Assembly: GCF_018977255.1 (NCBI RefSeq) | Contig: NW_024704747.1 | Coordinates: 19,592,001 to 19,656,000, forward strand | Length of the DNA stretch: 64,000 bases | Source of the DNA: Callorhinchus milii | Lineage: Eukaryota | Reading direction: 5' to 3' | Shown: one piece after another, positions 11,570 to 23,810 of the stretch | How the letters are laid out: each line of letters begins with the position of its first letter | Position numbering within the stretch: position 1 is the stretch's first letter | Notes under the pieces: generated by a model | The model's database searches: none | Seen by the model: the letters and a program-made list of their open reading frames with translations, nothing else | What the model was told of the DNA's origin: nothing | Program-made: the position numbers and the translations under genes

Positions 11570-12905
11570 GAAGAGCAACAAGCATGATCTCCAGTGTTAG
11601 AAGAATGAGCAATGAGTAGTGATTAGATAAGCTAAAGCTATTCAGTCTAGAAAATAAACTTCTCAGAGAGGACATCAATATGATATTTTCAATGGGATTC
11701 AAAAGGTAAACCCTGGACAAAACTTTAGGTTGTACCAAGGCAATAGAACAAGAGGACATAGCATAGGAGTTATATAGGGCAATTTGAGTTAATGAAGGTG
11801 GTAGATTGCGAAGCTGAGCAAGATGGGTTACAGGAGGATTTGAACATACTTGGGAATTGGGCAGATCGGTGGCAGATGAAATTCAATGTGGAGACATATA
11901 AAATACTTCACATGGGGATGAAAAATCCTGGAAGGGACTATTATTTGAATGGAAGGAAAATAATATGTATGGAAAATGAAAAGGACCTGGGGGTCCTGAT
12001 TGACCATAAATTGATGCTCTTCCAACAATGCTCTGTGGCAGTGAGTAAAGCAAACCAGATGTTGGGATGTATCAAAAGATCAATAGCAAGCCAAATTAGT
12101 GGGGTAAACCTGCCATTATATAAATGATTGGTGAGACCATATTTAGAGTACTGTGTACAGTTCCGGTCGCTGCAGTGCTAAAAGGATATTGGAGAAATCA
12201 AGAAGATACAGAGGACAACCAAAATGATTGACGGAATGGAAGCACTGGACTATGAGGAGCGACTAAGTAAATTGGGCATGTTCACACTGGAAAAGAAAAG
12301 ATTGAGAGGTGACATAATTGCTGTCTTTAAGATTCTAAAGGGGCAAGACAATATAGATCATGACAGGCTGTTTCAACTTGTCCAGAGTAGTAAAACCAGA
12401 GGACATGGCCTGCAATTGAAGGGGGGTAAATTTGGAACGAATCTACACAAACACTATTTCAATGAGCGAATAGTGAACCCATGGAACAGGCTCCCTTGGG
12501 AAATGGTTGAAGCAGGAAGTGTTGATTCTTTCAAACACAGATTAGACCAGTTTTATTTTAGGAAATAACATTATGGGAAACAGTACATAGATAGTTTGGG
12601 ACATATGTGCATGCGATCGCCAGGAAGGTGGAAGGCGAACTAGATCGATCTTGGTCTTTTTTCATCTAGCATTTCTTATGTTCTTAGGTTCAATTTCACG
12701 ACAGACACCAAGAAGACTTTTCTCTACCAGAGGGTAATTAAGGACTAGAACACCTTAATAGGAAGGGTAGTTGAGGCTAGGACACGACTCATTTGAAAAA
12801 AAACTTGATGAGGTGATGGGAAGAATGTAGGGTTTGTGTTCTGGAAAGATGAGATCAAGTGACCCAGGAGCCTTCTTCTGAACCAATCTTGTGAACTTGT
12901 GAACT
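11570..12905 (+). mobile_element. Nested CR1 LINE fragments (about 11790-12690 inserted into an older CR1 3' end)
   Basis: ORFs 11792..12127 and 12224..12568 (WQMKFNV, KDLGV, RLRGD, TRGH, WNRLP). The older element resumes after 12690 and has its own tail. Confidence 0.85.
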
Positions 12906-13122
12906 AAACCTCAGGCAAGTCAAAGAAAGTGCTGCACTTGGATTCCCTCAGGCCTCAAGCCTGCATCTTGTAGATTTTTTTTCCTGAAATAGCCCACTTC
13001 CCCAAGGAAAAATGGATGCAAAGCATTAGAATGCAGAACACAGCATTTGTCAAACGTCAAATCAGTCAGACAACTTGAATATTTAAATTTTTTCCATAGC
13101 GATAATATCTGTTGGTTGACGG

Positions 13123-13550
13123 TGTTAGCATAAGGGTGCAGAATTGACATACTAACAATCGGTCAAAAGGGGTGAGAGGTCATGGAACATATGGAGTCAG
13201 TACAAGGAAAGAGCGTTGAAGGAAACATGATTGGATATGTTAATAACAGATTGTAAATGACTGATAAGAGATTGGAGGAAGATATAGAGGGAGTGGGATG
13301 AGAGTATAAAGACATGGAGAACAAAGAAGGAAAAGTTCGGAGGAGCACGAGGGAAGACTTGATGGAAGATCAAAAAGCTTGAATACCCAGACAAGACAGA
13401 TTGGAACCTCGGCTGCTGAACGTCTCAACCCGCAGTAGTATTGCTTTTTGTCTTAATCCCTCCATGGTGTAATTTTATGGAACTAGTAAAGTTTGGCTTA
13501 ACAGATTTTGCTTAAACGGAAGGCTGGGTGACCTTTCTTGATATCCAACA
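13123..13550 (+). repeat. 5' LTR (428 bp)
   Basis: Direct repeat of 15457-15896; contains TATAAA near 13304 and AGTAAA near 13485. Confidence 0.95.
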
Positions 13551-13552
13551 TT

Positions 13553-13566
13553 TGGCGCCCGAACAG
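13553..13566 (+). promoter_or_regulatory. Primer-binding site, tRNA-Lys(UUU)-type, truncated
   Basis: TGGCGCCCGAACAG two bases after the LTR equals the first 14 nt of the tRNA-Lys3 PBS TGGCGCCCGAACAGGGAC. Confidence 0.85.
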
Positions 13567-13743
13567 CAAAATAAATCTGTTAAGCCAACCCGGTAACCGT
13601 CAGAAGGACTTGACGGTGTGACTCGCGAGTGTGGAACGGTGCGGTTATACCGTCAGAAGGACTTGACGATATTAATCGAGCATCGACTCGCGAGGGGCTG
13701 TTAATCGAGCATCGACTCTGACAGTGCATATGTCGTTAATACG

Positions 13744-15300
13744 GTGCTTTTGCTTCCCTTATATGTATCCGGGAATTTCTGCACATTAGAGGGAAAACCC
13801 TTGTGCCACTCTGAATTGCTCCAAGTAATTTGGCATTGTCTCCAGCAGCGACCGATGCCCCTCCATATTGGAAAGGTGAAGGGACATTCCCGTGATCCTC
13901 ATGACGAGGGCAACAGTCAAGCTGATAGCTGCGCTAAGGAGGCTGCCATGACGGCACCGGTGTGGACGATGCCTCAGGGGACTGTCAGCGCCATCATGCT
14001 TACCCCAGATTTATCCCTGGACCAACTACAGAAGACATTTAAGCCGTACACCGAAACCATTCAGTGGCTCCTGCAGGACGACCCCAGACCTCCGGCACCG
14101 GCCTACTCCTGGGTTTCCCAAGTGTCCCTCGCACTACCCTCTCATTCGGTTACCGAGCCACTCCTCATCCACACGGACACACATGGACACGTTTCTGTTT
14201 GCGTGCCCCCCTCATCGGCTGAGTTACTTTTTCAGTTATATCACTCAGACCCGGACGGGGAACATTTCTCCAGTACCACCACATATCACAAAATCTCCTC
14301 CGCGGCGTGGTGGCCAGATATGAAACAGGATATACATCGGCTCACCAGTCGCTGTTTGCTGTGCTTGCAACACAATCCTATCCCCTCCTCTTGCAAAGCC
14401 TGCCTCACCCCAGCGTCACCATCGGAGGGTCCCTGGACGCACGTCCAGATTGATCATATAAGTCCCCTCCCCACTACATCTGGGGGCTATAAATATGCCC
14501 TGGTAATCATAGATAAATTCACAAAGTGGGTGGAAGCCTTCCCCACAAAAAATTGCACCGCGCTCACCACAGCAAAGATTTTATTGAGTGAGGTGATCAC
14601 CAGGTGGGGATTACCAATAGTGGTGGACAGTGATCAGGGAACCCATTTTACGGGGGCAGTGACACAAAAATTAATCTGATTATGGGGATAGATCAAAAAT
14701 TTCACATTCTCTTTCACCCCCAGTCATCAGGGAATGTGGAAAGGAGCAACCGCACTATTAAAACCATGTTAAAAAAATATTGTGGCGATCACCCCACTCA
14801 ATGGAACAAGGCCTTGCCCCTATGTTTAATGGTGATACGCGCCACCAGACATTCCTCCATGAATATTAGTCCCCACCAGGCAATGACTGGAAGGCTGATG
14901 AGAACCCCAGGGGATTTAATTTACAAGTGGGTTTGTTCCTCTCACATTCTAACCCCAAAGGGGCAATAGCCTCCAAGATGGGGTGAATGCGGATTGGATT
15001 AGGAAAACCGTTGAGTGCATCAATCACACAAACCAGTATGTGGCACAACAGCTGGGAAAAACCAGGCAACAAATGCAGAGGTACTATGACTCTAGGGTAA
15101 ATCCACAGGAATACGAAATTGGCAAGAAAGTCATGGTAAGGAAATTGGGAAAACGGGAACCATTTGACCCCATATTTAAAGATCCATTTGAGATCATAAA
15201 AAAAATAGGACCAGCAGTTTACCTAGGAAAGGATTTGAACAAAGAGAAAGCACCCAGGTGGTACCATATAAATCAGTTGAAATTGATATCAGACGAATGA
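13744..15300 (+). pseudogene. pol: pol remnant: RNase H C-terminal half plus integrase, two frameshifts
   Basis: KVKGH..GNSQAD RNase H; H..H..CxxC zinc finger; QIDH, DSDQG, HPQSSGNVER (D-D-E); GPY/F-like C-terminus; split over ORFs 13744..14679, 14682..14969, 14983..15300. Confidence 0.9.
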
Positions 15301-15456
15301 ACTGCTGAGAAAACATACTATGCTTTATCCACAGGGGCTGACCAAGGAGCAATGGCGGTGTGGATCGGGGATTATATTCAGCTTCAGGAGATAGTTAGAT
15401 TAGTGAGTAAAGATCACTAGGTGATACCTCATATTATTCGGTATCAAGGTGGGGAA

Positions 15457-15896
15457 TGTTAGCATAAGGGTGCAGAATTAACATACTAACAATCGGTCAA
15501 AAGGGGTGAGAGGTCATGGAACATATGGAGTCAGTACAAAGAACGAGGGTTGAAGGAAACATGATTGGATATGTTAATAACGGGTTGTAAACGACTGATA
15601 AGAGATTGGAGGAAGGTATAGAGGGAGTGGGATGAGAGTATAAAGACATGGAGAACAAAGAAGGAAAAACAGAAGGAAAAGATCGGAGGAGCACGAGGGA
15701 AGACTTGATGGAAGATCAAAAAGCTTGAATACCCAGACAAGACAGATTGGAACCTCGGCTGCTGAACGTCTCGACCCGCGGTAGTATTGCTTTTTGTTGT
15801 AAGCTCTCCATGGTGTAACTTTATGGAACTAGTAAAGTTTGGCTTAACAGATTTTGCCTAAACGGAATGCTGGGTGACCTTTCTTGATATCCAACA
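15457..15896 (+). repeat. 3' LTR (440 bp)
   Basis: About 18 substitutions plus one 12-bp insertion relative to the 5' LTR (hand count). Confidence 0.95.
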
Positions 15897-17349
15897 ACGG
15901 GTAAGTGTAAAATGTCTACAAAAGTCCTTCCAGTAAAATAAAATTCATGACTTAATGATACAGAAATAAGATTGATTAAGGGCTGTGTAACATTATTGTG
16001 AAGGAAATGGCTTAGGAGCTTTCCAGTGGTGCAGTTGCATGATTGTAGAAACCAATGGTTCATTTGAATTTTCTTAAAATTATAGATTGGAGAGAAACAG
16101 TCTCATTCTATTTCCAGTTGTTTCTGTTATTCTTGAAAAAGTCCCCAGTGAACTCCTATCTACTTTAATTTGTGACATAATCTTAAATTAGATTTACCAT
16201 AATTAAAACATTTCTTCATGCATCAGTTTGTGCTATAGTGAAATATACTTCCCCCAAAGATAGCGAGTAGTGACATGTCTGCACGCTCACCCACAATTGA
16301 AGACAAAGATAGACCTTTGGTGATAATTTTTGGTATACTGTTTGGTATAATTTTGGGTTTATTCACATTCGTGTTCAAATTCCTTCACTCTCTGGCACCT
16401 CTCTGACTTCCTCGCTCCCCAATCCATCACCCGGCGCCTCCGCTCGTCCCTCACACCCTCCGCTTTACCATCGGAGGTTGCACTTTTAGCAATGTTTCGA
16501 TGTTTGTAAATATAAGCAGCTGAATAATATCATTGGTAAAATGATCACAAAATTACTTTTTCAGTGACTTACTGTGGAAACTTCAAATCTTGACGTGAAA
16601 TGGATATGATAGATGGATCTGGTTTCCTGCTAAATTGGGGTTTGACACTGGAAAGACACTGTATATATCATAGATCAATAGGCAAAAAATATTCCTTCAT
16701 CCAAAGACTTGGAAGAATATGGAAGGCATTAGCCCCAAAAGGTTACAGATGCAGAATAATTTGAGCTGTGTTAAGTTGAAATGGATACCTACTTGGGAAG
16801 TAAGACATGCAGTGGAGTTGTGTAAACAGGAAAACAGCTTCAGTTCCACATTCTGAATATTACTTGAAGTTACTAAGGCTGTTTGTGTTGTCAATTTAAC
16901 TTGAATGTCTTTGGTAGGGTTTGTATCAAATACTATTTACTAACTACTTTACACTGCTGAAGGCCTCGATATCTGGAGGTGGGAACTGGAGAAGATCTGG
17001 ATGGGAAAGATGACAGAAAGCGCAGTCAAAGTCTTCAGACGGGCTTGAAAGTGGGAAAGGAGGGTATGAGTCGGAAGCACTCCATGATGGAGTTCAAGGG
17101 AATGGGGCAGAATAGATGAAAGCTCACATCTATATGATCAGCAATTCGGTATAAAGTTGTTCATGAGAACACATGACTTCGGTAAAATATGGAGAATTGG
17201 AAGAATGCAGAAACACAATTACTCTGTTACCCAATGTACACAAAGACCCAAACAATGAAGGTAGTAGGCAAGTGTTTTATTCATTTAGTGTCATTTCATG
17301 AGGTTAACGAAAATTTGTCAAGAGCAATCAGTCAGTTTGTGAATAAGCC

Positions 17350-18105
17350 TTAGAAATTCCGCATACGTCTGAACGAACCAACAGTTGAGCTGGAAGCGCC
17401 CCAGTCGCTGAATCGCCTGTACTCTCCGGGTCTCATGAAGTACTGGCGGCCTCTGTAGTTGGGCTGATCATACATGGTCCAGTAGCCGTCCATCACGTTG
17501 CAGGAGTGGATGTCACGGTAGCGGAAACGGTCATAGACGGATGGGCAATCATCCATGAATTCCATCATCTGTCCTCCAAAGTCAGGTCTCTCGTACACCC
17601 TCATTCTGTAGGAGCCACCTCTGTACTGCAATATAGAAACACAACATTTGTGATGCAGCTGTGATTGAAATTCACATTCTTATAGAAAACAACATGAAAG
17701 GCATACAACATCTCTAAATTGTTTGTCAGAATAAGCACCTTAAAACTGTCACTTACGTATGGGTAGGTACGGCATGATCTGATGCTGTCATTGTAGCCCA
17801 TCCAGCGCTGGTAGTCAGGATACTCTCCCCTGGTCAGAACGTACTGGTATCCCATGTAATTGGGTCTCTCGTACAGAACCCAGTAGTCACTGTCAACGCG
17901 GATGGAGTTACAGCGGCTGAAGTAAGACTGCAGGTCGGCACAGTCAGAGCTGCACTCATAGTGCCGTCCCTGGAAGTTCCTGTCCTCGTAAAAAATGATC
18001 TGAAAAAAAGACACAAGTTCAGTCAGTAATTTATCATTTTCAGAGATCTGTGCTGTGAACTGTAAATACAACGTGAGAAATAAAGTTTGGCCTTACCTTT
18101 CCCAT
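17350..18105 (-). CDS. Gamma-crystallin gene 4, exons 18097-18105, 17757-17999, 17350-17625; 175 aa
   Basis: Intact exons, GT-AG, 131-nt intron 2, ends RRMRNF-TAA. Confidence 0.95.
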
Positions 18106-20029
18106 TTTGAGCTCACAGTTAACTCAGCAACTGAGTGGATGTGCCATTGCTTCCCACAGTCTGGTATTTATACACTGGACAGGGAGGACAATGTGAGGAA
18201 TACTTTTGTCATTCTAATGACTTAAGACTGACCATCAGGAATATACTTACAGAACAAAAAAACACCATTGCGGAAAGACACCTGCATCCAAATCTATAGC
18301 AACATCATCCATCCTTTTCATTTTGCTTTCACATCATTTACATTGTTCTGTGACAGCAAACCCTCAGTGTTAAATGTACAAATATTTGCAGTTTGCTGCT
18401 TCTGTGAATTATTGTTTTCTGATATTTAAACATGTTTGATCTTTACGAAATGTTTTAAGATGGAAAATATTTTGAAGATCATGTGTTTTTCTAAATTACT
18501 TTCAAATATTTCTACAGCACATAGATTGTCAGAATTAGATTTTGCATGTATTGTATGTTTTTTGGCCATTGAGTGACATTGCTATCGCCTGAGCCCATTC
18601 TCTGCATTGTTGTCCAGATCATTCGAGTGTCACGTGACTTGGTTGTAGCTGTTTAAACTGTATATTATTCAGTCTGGTTGTTTCCAGACTCTTTCTTGTC
18701 ATTCATTTTTCGTCGAATAGTTTATCTCTGACAACGTCACGACTTATATACCTCTATCTTCTAATGACTTCTCCACCTGTCCTCAGATGATAACTAGTAC
18801 AGTTCCTCAGGACTCCATTGTGACCCTCTTTCTTTGTACTGTCTCCATGCTTCCCCTTGATGACTTCATTTGTGTGCATGGGGATCACATCTTTATCTAT
18901 GTGGTTGACAACATTATCAATGTTTAATCTTTATAGGCTCTACATGTAATGCAAGGATTATTATTATATTGCAATGCTTCCACTAAACCAGTCAATTTCA
19001 TAGAAAGTGGTATCCTAAATTCAATCAGACCTCAAGCCTATCTATATCTTGCGCATTTTTGATCAATTAAGCAAGTTTTTGAAATAGCTGATTTTCCAGG
19101 GAAAAATAGATGGAAATTATTAGATTGCAGATCCCAGTGCTTGTAAAAGTTCAAATCAGTCACACACTAGAATCGTCAAGATTTGTCTATAGCAGTAATA
19201 TTGGTGTTGTTTAATTGGTAAGTTTAATGGTTCTCGAAAGATCGTTTTAGTAAACAATGTTCATAACTGAACAAAAGTGGAAGACGATTGATGAAGCCCG
19301 TTCAGCATTAATATGAAGGAAATGGTTCAGGAGTTTTTGGCAAAAGAGGTGGTCCACAAATCCAACCTCCTTTGGAGGATTGTGTAAACCAATGGTTTAT
19401 TTGAGTTTTCTGGTAATGCTATAAATGGGAGAGAAACAGTCACATTAATTATTTCTGATCCTTCCAGATGTTCTTCTAAAAGTTCACAATGAACTTCTCT
19501 GAGTCTATTTTGATCCATGACATAATCTTAGATTTAAGGTGGTTAAAAATGAATCTTCACACATTGGTTTGTGAGATTACGAAATTCCCAGCCCCCAAAT
19601 GTTACTCTTAATGCATAAAGTCATATCTGCACCCCACTCTCATTCAGAGACAAACATACACCTTTGACGATAATATTTGAATATATGGTATGTATAATTT
19701 TACAGACCTCCAAATATTGGGTGAAAACACTGCGATTTGAAAACATTTCAAAAGTAAATAGGTTATTAGTCGGGGTAATAATTCCTTCAAAATTTTTTTA
19801 AAAAATTACTTGGTAACTCAATCCAGGTCTGTTTGTGGGACACTGCTGTGCACAATTGGTTGCCGCGTTTCGCCCACAGACATAGAGTCAATTCACTTTA
19901 CAGTATATTCTGTGAAGAACTTTGAGATGTCTAGAAGATGTGTAAACTGCCATATCGAATGCAAGAATTATTATTTATAACGAAACCTATATTCCATAAA
20001 TATATCTATTAATAGGAGCAGCTAAACAA

Positions 20030-20420
20030 TGTCAACAACAACAAAACTATATTTGTAAAGCGCCTCTCATGTCGGGAGGACGTCCCAAGGCGCTGAACAG
20101 TCAGGGATCAGGACCCGAGCGTGGGGGCAGGGTTGGGATGAAGGAGGGTGGCTGAAGGCATGGTCAAAAAAGAGAGTCTTGAGTCGTGCCTTGAAGGAGG
20201 CAAGAAAAAGAGTGGGGGCAGAGAGGCTGAAAGCCCAGCCGCCGATGGTTGGGCGGGAGACCTGCAGCAGGACGGAGCCCGCTGAGCGGAGGGAACGGAC
20301 AGGTTGATAGGGAGTCAGCAGGTCAGAGATGCAGGAGGGTGCAAGGCTGTGGAGGGCCTTGAAAGTGAGGATGAGGATTTTGAATTCTATCCTCTGAGGA
20401 ATGGGGAACAGAAGGACATT
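20030..20420 (-). mobile_element. L2 LINE 3' fragment
   Basis: ORF 20067..20423 PQRIEFKIL..LRS..LKTL; (TTG)n tail. Confidence 0.85.
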
Positions 20421-20815
20421 CACACAAACTTAACTGGCCAATTTTAAGAGTGACCAAGAGTGCTTCGGAAATAAGGGTATAGGGATCTAGGAAAACGGCA
20501 GTGTTAAAAACATGATCTTAAAAACTAATGGAGCAGCTGAATAGGAAAATGGCTTCAGTTCCACATCCACAAAAAAGTATGTTTGTGTTTTCTAATGGAA
20601 TTCTCTTTGGTAGAAATTATGTAATGAATAATTCAGTGTAAAGTGTTCGTCAGAACACATGACTACTAAAATATGGAGAACTGGAAGAATGCAGAAACAC
20701 AATTAGTCTGTTATATAACTCACATGAAAACCCAAACAATGAAGGTAGTTGACGAACGTTTTATTCATGTTTAGTTTCATTTCAATGAAGGCAAACAAAC
20801 TTCTTCAATAGCAAT

Positions 20816-21783
20816 TTAGAAGGAATCCCTCATACGTCTGAAAGATCCAATAGTTGAGCAGCTGCTGCCCCAGTCGCTGAATCGCCTGTACTCTCCGGGT
20901 CTCATGAAGTACTGGCGGCCTCTGTAGTTGGGCTGATCATACATGGTCCAGTAGCCGTCCATCACGTTGCAGGAGTGGATGTCACGGTAGCGGAAACGGT
21001 CATAGACGGATGGGCAGTCATCCATGAATTCCATCATCTGTCCTCCAAAGTCAGGTCTCTCGTACACCCTCATTCTGTAGGAGCCACCTCTGTGCTGGAA
21101 TATAGAAACACAACATTTGTGATGCAGCTGTGTATATATCCACGTTTATATAGAGAGCTGAAAAGTAGGAAGTGATTGTAGTAATGGCAATTATCTATTT
21201 CTTTCTCATCAGATATAAAAATAATAATAAAAACACTGTTGTATTTCCAAAATGTCAACAATTACATTTCCTAAACTCGATTTGTTAGACATTGAATCAG
21301 AGGGAATAATGATATAAATAGTAAATTCAGCATAAATCATTTGACAAAAGACTAGAGCTGAAATATAATACATTATGGGCTCTCACCATCTCTCAATTGT
21401 TCAAAAACATAAGCATCTTGAAGCTGTGACTTACATATGGGTAGGTACGGCATGATCTGATGTTGTCATTGAAGCCCATCCAGCGCTGATAGTCAGGATA
21501 CTCTCCCCTGTTCAGAACGTACTGGTAACCCATGTAATTGGGTCTCTCGTACAGAACCCAGTAGTCACTGTCAACACGGATGGAGTTACAGCGGCTGAAG
21601 TAAGACTGCAGGTCGGCACAATCAGTGCCGCACTCATAGTGCCGTCCCTGGAAGTTCCTGTCCTCGTAAAAGATGATCTGAAAAAAAGACACAAGTTCAG
21701 TCGATAATTTATCACATTCAGAGATCTGTGCTGTGAACTGTAAATACAACGTGAGAAATAAAGTTTGGCCTTACCTTTCCCAT
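20816..21783 (-). CDS. Gamma-crystallin gene 5, exons 21775-21783, 21435-21677, 20816-21094; 176 aa
   Basis: Intact exons and GT-AG sites; ends [21 protein letters not shown]. Confidence 0.95.
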
Positions 21784-22907
21784 TTTGAGCTCACAGTTAA
21801 CTCAGCAACTGAGTGGATGTGCCATTGCTTCCCACAGCCTGGTATTTATACACTGGACAGAGAGGACACTGCGAGGAATACTTTTGTTATTCTAATGACT
21901 TGGTTCTGCTCATCAGCAAAAAACGTACAGAGCGGAAACCCACCGTTGCAGAAAGACACCTGTATTCATATCTACAGCAAGATCATCCATTCTTTTCATT
22001 TTGCTTTCACATCATTTACATTGTTCTGTGACAACAAAACCCTAGTGTTCAATTTACGACTGTTTGCTGTTTCTGCGATTTTTGTTGACTGATATTTCAG
22101 TGTGATCGTTGTGAAATGTTTTAAGATAGAAAACTATTCAGAAGGTCATGTGTTTTCCTAAATTACTTTCAAGTATTTCTATAACACATGAAGTATCAGA
22201 AATAGATGTTTCATGCATTGTGTGTTTTGTGCCCTTGTTCTCATTAACTCACACTCCTATAGCCTGAGTCCATTCTCTGTATTGTTGTTCAGATCAATAG
22301 AGTGTCACGTGACTTGGTTGCAGCTCTTTAAATTGTACATTATTCAGACTGGTTGTTTCTGGACACTTTCCTGTCATTCACCTTTCCTCAAATAGTTTAT
22401 CTCTGACACCGTCACGGTTTATCTGGCTTCAACACAGATACCTGGTTCCATCTACTAATGGCTTCTCAGCCTGTCCCCAAATGGTAACCAGTGGTGTTCC
22501 TCAGGTCTCCATTGCAACTTTCTTTCATTTTACTTGTCTTGATGTTTCCCCTTGATGGCATTGTTCGTGTGCAAAGGGGACACATCTATATGTTCGTGGA
22601 TGACAATAAACTCTTTATAGGCTCTATATGCAATGCAACGATTATTGTTATATTATGATCTTCCGCAGAGCCTGAGGCAAGTCAAGGAAGGGCTAGCGTG
22701 GATTCAATCAGACTTCAAGCCGATATCTTATGCATTTTTGATATTTAAGTTCCTGAAATATCTAATTTCCCCTCGAAAAAATAGATGCAAAGCATTAGAT
22801 TGCAGATCCCAGTGCTTGTAAAAGGTCAAATTAGTGACACAGCTGGAATAGTCAAGATTTGTCTACAGAGGTAATCTTTGTGTTCTTTAACGGGTAAGCT
22901 AATAGAT

Positions 22908-23500
22908 GGTGGGAAGGTAAGTGGGGTCTACTTGGAGCTGAACTGGCTCCAAAGTGACATGCTTGGCAACGGAATATCAGAATCAACCCATTCTCTCTGT
23001 CGGGCTTGGTAATCCTGTACCTGAGCCAGACGGGTCCGCAGTATTCCAGTGCACTGCTGATAGCGCAACCAGGCTCATCGGCAGGATCTGGAAGGGCTGA
23101 CCAATCACTGGGGTCAGGGAGTCATCCCACTCAGTTCCTGTACACCCTGTAAACCAAAGCCCTAATGGGTAGGGAAGTCCCAGCTGGTCAAGTCGTTGGA
23201 AAGCTTGCCAGACAGCGATATCACCGGCAAGTTATGCGGTTTTAGCTGGTTAAACTCCACCAGTACCCCAACACACACTCTGCGGTCCCCAAGCCTTGGC
23301 TTGTGCCAACCTGTGCCTTATACTTTCCAGAATTAGGTAAGCAGGATGCATCCCTAAAGAGAGAGAGTACGCATTCCATTCTAACAATCTCTCTCTGGAA
23401 TTCCCATGTGTAGGTGGGATACAGGGAATTTTCAGTTTGGTTTGGATACTCTTAAGCATGGTGATGGGTTACCACAATTGTGCCAAACATCCAGCTGACC
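22908..23500. repeat. Unclassified interspersed repeat (partial copies at about 45625-45835 and 51620-51955)
   Basis: Shared blocks cccaagcctt..agaattagg..cattcca..cttaagcatggtga; interrupts the cassette flank seen uninterrupted in other units. Confidence 0.6.
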
Positions 23501-23607
23501 AAAAACAATTTTAACAGTTCTCCAAAAGTCCTTCAGTAAAACAATGTTCATGACTGAAGGATAGAGGATTAAGATTGATTAAGGGTCATGTTACATTATT
23601 GTAAGTT

Positions 23608-23783
23608 GTGGAGTCCTGTAGCTCAGTGGTTAGAGCACTCACTTTGCAGGAGACCTGAGTTCATTGGGCAAAGGAACTTATCCACACGCCTACTAATAAT
23701 CCCTCCAAAAAAAAAAACAATAAATAAATTGGTCATTTTCAATCTACGAGTTGTACATTGCTGTGCGCAATTGGCTGCCGCGT
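23608..23783 (+). mobile_element. tRNA-derived SINE, internally deleted
   Basis: gtggagtcctgtagctcagtggttagagcac head plus gctgtgcgcaattggctgccgcgtt body. Confidence 0.75.
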
Positions 23784-23810
23784 TGTATAATTGTGGAAGC
23801 CAATGGTTCA

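Larger units (their letters stand above)
13123..15896 (+). mobile_element. Internally deleted LTR retroelement / endogenous-retrovirus-like element
   Basis: Two TGTT..AACA LTRs, 4-bp TSD ACGG (13119-13122, 15897-15900), PBS, PPT aaggtggggaa (15446-15456), RNase H-integrase remnant; no gag, protease or RT. Confidence 0.95.

Noticed and set aside
13596-13720. Short direct repeats with spacers resembling a CRISPR array
   Set aside because: Only two copies each, irregular spacing, inside a retroelement leader, vertebrate DNA, no cas genes.
17834-18016. Recurrent minus-strand [23 protein letters not shown]..
   Set aside because: Alternative frame of crystallin exon 2.
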